A stretch of 63,522 nucleotides of DNA, filler included, from Thermodesulfobacteriota bacterium (GTDB taxonomy: Bacteria > DASVDK01), in NCBI GenBank assembly GCA_036381125.1. It is 4 parts of 4 records of this genome, joined end to end, with 100 filler letters (N's around TTAATTAATTAA, not from the genome) between each part and the next. Parts side by side here need not be neighbours in the genome. Positions count along the whole stretch, not along the records: positions 46,438 to 61,414 come from DASVDK010000232.1; positions 61,515 to 63,522 come from DASVDK010000292.1; 2 more parts are not named here. One strand, 5' to 3'. The notes beneath the pieces were generated by a model. The model was given only the letters and a program-made list of their open reading frames with translations. It was not told the DNA's origin and ran no database searches. A program made the translations under genes and the position numbers. Positions 57,534 through 63,522 of this stretch are shown one piece after another (positions within the stretch are counted from its first letter, which is position 1; every line of letters starts with the position of its first letter).

Positions 57534-58728
57534 GGGTTGGGTGGAAGCCGCGGCCGTGCTCACCATCGTGTGCGGTGCGCCGCAGGCGGCCCGAGGGGCC
57601 GTGTATTCCCTGGAGCCGGAGCTGTCGGTGACCGAGACGTACGACGACAACGTGAACCGCAGCGACGAGGATCCCGAGCACGACTTCGTCACGAGCGTTC
57701 GTGCGGGGATGAGCGCGACGGCGACGACTCCCCGGTTCCGGAGTGCCGCGAGCTACGCGCTCGGGACGGAGTTCTTCGCCCGGGAGACGGAGGAGGACGG
57801 GCACCTGCAGCACGACGCGTCGCTGTCGGCCCTCTACGACGTGAGCCAGCAGTTCAGCCTGCGCGTGGCCGATACCCTCCGCGTGGCCGACACGTCCGAG
57901 CCCGAGGCCGCACGCGCGGTACCCCTGCCCGAGGGGCAGGTCCCGCCGCCGCCGAGTGCGCAGGCGCCGGGGACCACGTCGACCCGCCGCGTCAGGCAGG
58001 TTGCCAACACCCTCGTCGCCGGCGTCGATTACCGGTACAGCGCGTTCACGACGCTCGGCGCCGAGTACAGCCTGGCGGTCCAGCGGTACGACGCGCCGGA
58101 CTTCACGGATTCCAACACCCACTCCGGGCTCTTCCAGGCAAGCCGCGCGGTCGGGCGAAACGACAGCCTCGGGCTGTCGGCATCGGCCGCCTGGACGGAG
58201 ATTACGAACCGCGCCGGTGACGAGCAGTGGTTCTACGACACGAGAGGGACCTGGCGTCACAGCTTCACGGAGTGGACGGCGCTGAGCACCAGTGTCGGCG
58301 TGGCCTGGACGGATGAGCCGGGCATCGATCCGGGGCTCGTCGGCGACGCGTCGATCACGCACATTTCCGACAGGAACCGGTACCTGGCCGAGTACGAGGG
58401 GTCCTTTCGGGCGAGCAACGAGAGCGGGGAGGCGGTCCGATCCGACCGCGTGGCCGTTAGTCTGGCGCGCGACCTGTCCCCGTACGTGACGGGTGAACTC
58501 GGAGCGGCGGCCGTCAGGAACGAGACGCTCCGGGGCGAACGAGACACGGCGTATAGCTACAGCGTGACTGCTCGGCTTACCGGCCGGATCGCGCGATGGC
58601 TCGATTGGGTCCTGGGGTACACGTTCGAGCGGAACGACGCGGAGGCGCCGCAGAACGACTTCACGAATAACCGGGTCACGGCCGGCGTCACGATCCGCTT
58701 CCCGCCGGCCACGAGCAGGCAGCTCTAG
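57520..58728 (+). CDS. EPS-associated outer-membrane beta-barrel
   Basis: LSVTETYDDNV; alternating beta strands; FTNNRVTAGVTIRF; start codon uncertain. Confidence 0.75.
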   Translation: MWFRRGWVEAAAVLTIVCGAPQAARGAVYSLEPELSVTETYDDNVNRSDEDPEHDFVTSVRAGMSATATTPRFRSAASYALGTEFFARETEEDGHLQHDASLSALYDVSQQFSLRVADTLRVADTSEPEAARAVPLPEGQVPPPPSAQAPGTTSTRRVRQVANTLVAGVDYRYSAFTTLGAEYSLAVQRYDAPDFTDSNTHSGLFQASRAVGRNDSLGLSASAAWTEITNRAGDEQWFYDTRGTWRHSFTEWTALSTSVGVAWTDEPGIDPGLVGDASITHISDRNRYLAEYEGSFRASNESGEAVRSDRVAVSLARDLSPYVTGELGAAAVRNETLRGERDTAYSYSVTARLTGRIARWLDWVLGYTFERNDAEAPQNDFTNNRVTAGVTIRFPPATSRQL

Positions 58729-58740
58729 GAGACCGAGGAC

Positions 58741-60402
58741 ATGGCGCAGACGGTGAGCCCGCTGCCGACGACACCGGCGGACATCCTGCACGTCGTCAGG
58801 CGGCGCAAGTGGCAGATCCTGGTGCCGTTCCTGGTGATCGGCGGCCTCGCGGCGTTCCTCGCCCACGCGCTGCCGTCCGTGTACCGGTCCTCGACGACGA
58901 TCCTCGTCGTCAAGGCGCAGGTCCCCGAGACGTTCGTGCGCAGCACGGTCACGGCGGAGATCGACGACCGGCTCGCGACGATCACGCAGCAGATCCTCTC
59001 GCGGACCCGACTCGAGCGGATCATCAAGCAGTTCGACCTCTACGCCGAGGAGCGGGCCACGCAGCCGATGGACGCCGTCGTCGCCCGGATGCGCCGCGCG
59101 ATCGAGGTCGAGGTGCAGCGGGGGAACAACGCGTTCACGGTGTCCTTCGTCGGCAGCGAACCCCGCCTGGTGCGCGACGTCACGAACGAGCTCGCCGCCG
59201 TGTTCATCGAGGAGAACTCGAAGATCCGCGAGGAGCTTGCCGCCAACACGTCGCAGTTCCTCGACACGCAGCTCGAAGCGCTCAAGCAGACGCTGAACGA
59301 GCAGGAGCGGCAGGTCCGGGAGTTCAAGGAACGCTACATGGGGCAGCTCCCCCAGCAGCAGGAGGCGAACCTGCGGCTCCTCGACCGCCTCCAGAGCCAG
59401 AGCCAGGCCATTGCCGACCGGGCGCGAGCCGCCGAAGAGCGCCGCCTGCTCTTGCAGGCACAACTCGGCGCGACGCCGAAGTTCAACGAGGTGGTCGTGC
59501 GGGTGACGCGCTCGGGGTCCGGCGCCGGCAGGGAGACGACCGTCCTGTCGTCCGCATCCCCGCGAGATACGAACCGGGCGCGACTCGAGGAGGCGCGGGC
59601 CACCCTCCTGCAGCTTCGCACCCGGTACACGGAGGCGCACCCGGACGTCGTGCGTGCGAGGCGGCAGCTCGAGGAGCTGGAGGCGATCGTCGCCGGGGGG
59701 GGCGTGGCCGCCACGGACGCTCCCGGCGAGTCGACCGGCCCCGACGACCACATCGCCGTCGACGAGATCCGACAGGTCCCCAACCCGGTGTACGAGCAGA
59801 TCCAGGCTCAACTGCGGGCTACCGACCGCGAGATCGAGTACCTGCGGGCGAGCCATCGCGACATCCTCGCGAACATCGAGGTCGTGCAGCGGAAGGTCGA
59901 GAGCGTGCCGAAGCTCGAGCAGCAGCTCGCCGACCTCACGCGAGACTACAACAACACCCAGGCGAGCTATCAGGCGCTGCTCTCGAAGAAGCTCGAGGCG
60001 GAGATGGCCGAGGATCTCGAGCGGCGGCAGAAGAGCGAGCAGTTCCGGGTCCTCGACCCGGCCGTCCTGCCGCAGACGCCCTACCGGCCGAATCGGGCGC
60101 AGATCCTCGCTGTCGGGCTCGTTGCGGCGCTCGGAGTCGGCGCCGGCGGCGCGCTCGGCCTCGAGCTGTTGAAGGGCGCCGTCCGGAGCCCCGCCGATCT
60201 GAAGGCGCTCGCCCCTCGGCTCTCCGTGCTCGGCGTGATTCCCACGGTGGAGGACCGGGCCAGGCTTCGCCGGCGCCGCCTGCTGACTGCACTGGGCGTC
60301 GCGCTCTTCCTCGTGGCGTACGGCGCAGGCGCCGCGGCAGCACTCGCGTACAAGGACCGGATCGTCCGACTCCCGGGCGTGCAGATGCTGGTCATGAGGT
60401 AG
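58741..60402 (+). CDS. Polysaccharide chain-length determinant (PCP without fused kinase)
   Basis: YRSSTTILV; QQILSRTRL; YTEAHPDV; FRVLDPAVLPQTPYRPNR. Confidence 0.88.
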   Translation: MAQTVSPLPTTPADILHVVRRRKWQILVPFLVIGGLAAFLAHALPSVYRSSTTILVVKAQVPETFVRSTVTAEIDDRLATITQQILSRTRLERIIKQFDLYAEERATQPMDAVVARMRRAIEVEVQRGNNAFTVSFVGSEPRLVRDVTNELAAVFIEENSKIREELAANTSQFLDTQLEALKQTLNEQERQVREFKERYMGQLPQQQEANLRLLDRLQSQSQAIADRARAAEERRLLLQAQLGATPKFNEVVVRVTRSGSGAGRETTVLSSASPRDTNRARLEEARATLLQLRTRYTEAHPDVVRARRQLEELEAIVAGGGVAATDAPGESTGPDDHIAVDEIRQVPNPVYEQIQAQLRATDREIEYLRASHRDILANIEVVQRKVESVPKLEQQLADLTRDYNNTQASYQALLSKKLEAEMAEDLERRQKSEQFRVLDPAVLPQTPYRPNRAQILAVGLVAALGVGAGGALGLELLKGAVRSPADLKALAPRLSVLGVIPTVEDRARLRRRRLLTALGVALFLVAYGAGAAAALAYKDRIVRLPGVQMLVMR

Positions 60403-60410
60403 CGGGTCGC

Positions 60411-61223
60411 ATGTACGAGAGCTTCTTCGGCTTCACCGCGAAGCCGTTCTCGACCCTCGCCGACCCACGTTTCCTGGTGGAGACGGAAACGCACCGGGAG
60501 GCCCTTGCCGCTCTCCAGTACGGGATACAGGAGCGGAAGGGCTTCATCGTCCTCACCGGGGAGGTGGGCACGGGAAAGACCCTCATGATCCGTGCGCTGC
60601 TCGAGCGGCTCGGACCCGAGGTGGCCACGGCGTACGTGACGAACCCGAGGATGGACCTCGTGGGGTTCTTCACGTGCATGTTCGCCGAGTTCGGCATCCC
60701 GAATCGACCGGCGACCAAGGGCGATTGCCTGGTCGCCCTGAACGGATGGCTCATCGATCAGCTCGTGGAGGGGCGTACGCCGGTGCTGATCGTGGACGAG
60801 GGGCAGAGCCTCAGCCGCGAGATGCTCGAGGAGCTTCGGCTCCTCACGAACCTCGAGACGGCAGAGCACAAGCTCCTGCACCTCGTCCTCGCGGGGCAGC
60901 CCGAGCTGGACACGATCCTCGCCGACCCGGCGTTGCGGCAGTTCGTGCAGCGGATCACCGTGCGGCATCGGCTCCTGCCGCTCTCGAAGGAGGAGACGCG
61001 TCAGTACGTCTCCCTGCGCCTCGCGAGGGTCGGGGCCGACGCTCGCCGGATCTTCACCGACCGCGCGCTCAGGTGGATCTATCGCTATGCGCGAGGGATC
61101 CCGAGGATCACCAACGCGCTCTGCGATTCGGCGCTCATGATCGCCTACAGCGCAGGGCAGCGCGAGGTGACGCACAGGACGGTGAAGGAGGCTGCGCGCA
61201 TGGTCGCGGCCGTCGCAGCTTAG
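60411..61223 (+). CDS. ExeA-like AAA ATPase (XrtA/PEP-CTERM-system type)
   Basis: MYESFFGFTAKPF; GEVGTGKT; IVDEGQ; LAGQPEL; GIPRITNALCD. Confidence 0.88.
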   Translation: MYESFFGFTAKPFSTLADPRFLVETETHREALAALQYGIQERKGFIVLTGEVGTGKTLMIRALLERLGPEVATAYVTNPRMDLVGFFTCMFAEFGIPNRPATKGDCLVALNGWLIDQLVEGRTPVLIVDEGQSLSREMLEELRLLTNLETAEHKLLHLVLAGQPELDTILADPALRQFVQRITVRHRLLPLSKEETRQYVSLRLARVGADARRIFTDRALRWIYRYARGIPRITNALCDSALMIAYSAGQREVTHRTVKEAARMVAAVAA

Positions 61224-61249
61224 GGTTCCAGGGCAGGAGCGAGCGAGAC

Positions 61250-61414
61250 ATGGGCAGGATCTACGACGCGCTGCGCAAGGCCGAGCAGGAGCGGCGCCAG
61301 AGGGGCGGGGCGGCGACCCGCACGGAGCCGGCGCTGCTCCTCGACGAGGAGCTCCCCGGAGGTGGTGCGCGCGTCGAGCCGCTGTTCGGCGACGACGGCG
61401 CGCGCGCGGAGCCG
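61250..61414 (+). CDS. N-terminus of a probable stand-alone tyrosine autokinase, truncated by the gap
   Basis: MGRIYDALRKAEQER; follows PCP and AAA genes. Confidence 0.6.
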
Positions 61415-61514
61415 NNNNNNNNNNNNNNNNNNNNNNNNNNNNNNNNNNNNNNNNNNNNTTAATTAATTAANNNNNNNNNNNNNNNNNNNNNNNNNNNNNN
61501 NNNNNNNNNNNNNN
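61415..61514. other. Artificial contig spacer
   Basis: N-run with TTAATTAATTAA. Confidence 0.97.
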
Positions 61515-61719
61515 GGCTGCGCGCGGCCAGCCCGCGTATCGAGCCGAACCTGGCGAGCAGGCGCGCCGCCAGCGTGGCCGCCGGCCGTCCCGGGCCGCCG
61601 GAGCCGAGCACCAGCGCCAGGAGCTCGGCCGACGCGAGCCCCTCGGGCCCCACGGCGAAGAGCCGCTCGCGCGGGCGGTCCTCGTTCCCTGTCCGCCCCG
61701 AGCCTCCCTCTGCGATCAT
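61515..61719 (-). CDS. radC: RadC family protein, N-terminal part
   Basis: [36 protein letters not shown]. Confidence 0.85.
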
Positions 61720-61866
61720 GCGTGGAGGCGAAGCGACGACCGTGCCGCCGTAACTCCCCGACCGCGCGCGACCGGCCGGCGTCCGGCCGGGCTCGACCGT
61801 CCGGTCTCCGGACGTCCGGCCGCGAGACGGCCCGTCCGGCGCGTGGCCGCCCGGACGTCGAGGCGC

Positions 61867-63297
61867 TCACCCCACGCGCTGCAGCGCCGCGGCCACCCGC
61901 CTCGCGCAGGGCGCGATCTCGTCGTCCAGCAGGGTCCTCGGGTCGAGCAGCAGCGCATCGTCCTTCAGGCGCGCGACGACGGCAGGCTCCTCGGCCCGGA
62001 GGGCCGCCTCGAGCGCGACGAGCGCCGCGCCGGCGCGGCCCGGGTCGGCCGCGCGCGGCGCCACCGCGACGACGGTCGTCGGCGGCTCGGCCAGCGGCAG
62101 CGCGCCGCCCCCGACCCGGGAGACGTCGGCCCTTAGCGAGAGCGCGGCCTGCGGGGCGAGTCGCCGGATGTGCGCCTTGAGGTGCGCCGCGCGCGCTCTG
62201 AGCGCCTCCTCGGTCATGGCGAGCATCCGGAGCGTCGGGATCCGCTGCAGCGCCGTGTCCGGGCCAGCCTCGTAGAGCCGGAGCGTCGCCTCGAGGGCCG
62301 CCAGGGTGAGCTTGTCCGGCCGCAGGGCCCGCATGAGGGGGTTCTTCTTGACGGCCGCGACCGCCGCGGCCCGCCCCACGACGATGCCGGCCTGCGGACC
62401 GCCGAGGAGCTTGTCGCCGCTGAAGGTCACCAGGTCCATGCCCGTGGCGACCGCCTCCTGGACCGTCGGCTCGCGCGGCAGGCCGAGGCGGCCGAGGTCG
62501 ACCAGGCACCCGCTGCCCAGGTCCTCCAGGGCCGCGAGGCCGCGCCGGTGGGCCAGGGCGGCCAGCTCCGCGCCGTCGACCGCGTGCGTGAAGCCGACGA
62601 TGCGGAAGTTGCTGGTGTGGACGCGGACCAGGACGGCGGTGCGCTCGGTGATGGCCGCCTCGTAGTCGCGCAGGTACGTCTTGTTGGTGGTCCCCACCTC
62701 GCGCAGCGTCACGCCGGAGGCCGCCATGACGTCCGGCATCCGGTAGGCGCCGCCGATCTCCACCAGCTCGCCCCGCGAGACGATCCCCTCGCGGCCGGCC
62801 GCGAGCGTGTTGAGGGCGATCATGGTGGCCGCGGCGTTGTTGTTCACGACGCAGGCCGCCTCGGCGCCGGTGAGCGCCGCGAGGAGCCCCTCGACGTGCG
62901 CGTGGCGGGAGCCGCGCTCGCCCGACGCGAGGTCGAACTCGAGCGTCGAGTAGCCGGCCGCGACCGCCTCCATCGCCTCCAGCGCCTCGGGCGCCAGCAC
63001 CGAGCGGCCGAGGTTGGTGTGGATGACGACGCCGGTGGCGTTGAGGAGCCGGCGCAGGTTCGGCCGGGTGCGGGCGTCGAGCGTGCGCTCGACGGCGGCC
63101 GGCAGGCCGGCGAGGAAGGCGCCCGGCTCGAAGGCCTCCCCCGACAGGAGCCGGCGGCGTGCCTCGTCGAGGATGCCCCGGATCGCCTCGACGACGAGCG
63201 GGCGCGGGCGGCGGCGCAGGAGCGCCTCCACGCCGGGGCTCTTGAGGACCTCCGTGACCGACGGGAGCTGGCGCAGGCGGGCGCGCGTGTCCGGCAT
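61867..63297 (-). CDS. selA: L-seryl-tRNA(Sec) selenium transferase
   Basis: NATGVVIHTNLGR; VNNNAAA; SRGELVEIGG; EVGTTNKT; PLP lysine in FSGDKLLGGPQAG. Confidence 0.95.
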   Translation of the reverse strand: MPDTRARLRQLPSVTEVLKSPGVEALLRRRPRPLVVEAIRGILDEARRRLLSGEAFEPGAFLAGLPAAVERTLDARTRPNLRRLLNATGVVIHTNLGRSVLAPEALEAMEAVAAGYSTLEFDLASGERGSRHAHVEGLLAALTGAEAACVVNNNAAATMIALNTLAAGREGIVSRGELVEIGGAYRMPDVMAASGVTLREVGTTNKTYLRDYEAAITERTAVLVRVHTSNFRIVGFTHAVDGAELAALAHRRGLAALEDLGSGCLVDLGRLGLPREPTVQEAVATGMDLVTFSGDKLLGGPQAGIVVGRAAAVAAVKKNPLMRALRPDKLTLAALEATLRLYEAGPDTALQRIPTLRMLAMTEEALRARAAHLKAHIRRLAPQAALSLRADVSRVGGGALPLAEPPTTVVAVAPRAADPGRAGAALVALEAALRAEEPAVVARLKDDALLLDPRTLLDDEIAPCARRVAAALQRVG

Positions 63298-63370
63298 GCG
63301 GAGATTGTACCCGGAAACGCGAGCGGCCCGGGGTCTCCCCGGGCCGCCCGGAGACGCGCGCCGGCGCCGC

Positions 63371-63522
63371 CTACCCCTGATAGGGCCCGCCCATGATGAC
63401 CACGTACCGGAGGACGAAGCCGCCGACCAGCACCAGGACGGCCGGCAGGGCCAGCGCGAAGGTCGGCCGCCCCGCGTGGTGACCCGCGCGGAGCTGCAGG
63501 ACGAAGGGCGCGACGAGGCCGA
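63371..63522 (-). CDS. C-terminus of an NrfD/PsrC-like membrane subunit (partial)
   Basis: GLVAPFVL..LVLVGGFVLRYVVIMGGPYQG*. Confidence 0.6.
   Translation of the reverse strand, partial: GLVAPFVLQLRAGHHAGRPTFALALPAVLVLVGGFVLRYVVIMGGPYQG

Noticed and set aside
51119-61414. Integrative island or prophage at tRNA-Val
   Set aside because: No integrase and no duplicated tRNA 3' end are visible before the contig ends; unsupported
29399-61514. TTAATTAATTAA palindromes and ORFs crossing the N-runs
   Set aside because: Identical artificial contig linkers; cross-gap ORFs and synteny are not real evidence
61720-61866. GC-rich palindromes between selA and radC as tRNA-Sec or an ncRNA
   Set aside because: No tRNA cloverleaf or TCA anticodon arm; short CCGG palindromes are expected by composition

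Overview
High-GC (~70%+) bacterial DNA made of four contigs joined by artificial N/TTAATTAATTAA spacers (29399-29498, 46338-46437, 61415-61514), so adjacency across these gaps is not evidence. The gene content and style suggest a soil or aquifer diderm such as Rokubacteria/Methylomirabilota, but this is inference only. Contig 1 is a run of solute uptake and catabolism clusters: two branched-chain (liv-type) ABC systems, a sugar-type ABC, a polyamine-type ABC, a thiol dioxygenase, an enolase-superfamily enzyme, an argininosuccinate-lyase-like enzyme, nitrilase, RraA, AtuA/DUF4387 and a decayed ABC ATPase. Contig 2 has CitE, IclR, a REP-associated tyrosine transposase (RAYT) bracketed by inverted 25-bp tandem arrays, an MFS pump, three paralogous FecR-like surface proteins with a shared C-terminal TM+A[ST]PV[SG]P tail, and a Wza-Wzc-TPR-(O-antigen-ligase::CapD fusion) polysaccharide locus. 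Contig 3 has a sigma54-promoted GAF-GGDEF-GAF-HD-GYP protein, nucleotide-sugar genes, tRNA-Val, two DUF1670-like HTH::degenerate-GGDEF fusions around a PilZ-like gene, a HemK paralog, and a second, PEP-CTERM-system-like EPS export locus. Contig 4 has partial radC, selA and an NrfD-like fragment. The best candidate for an undescribed system is a c-di-GMP-sensing DUF1670::GGDEF* regulator pair with a candidate operator (GGGTCA-N2-TGACCC) upstream of both EPS loci. The FecR-like proteins with a putative new C-terminal sorting signal are a second candidate. All family calls come from motif recognition by eye, not from database searches.
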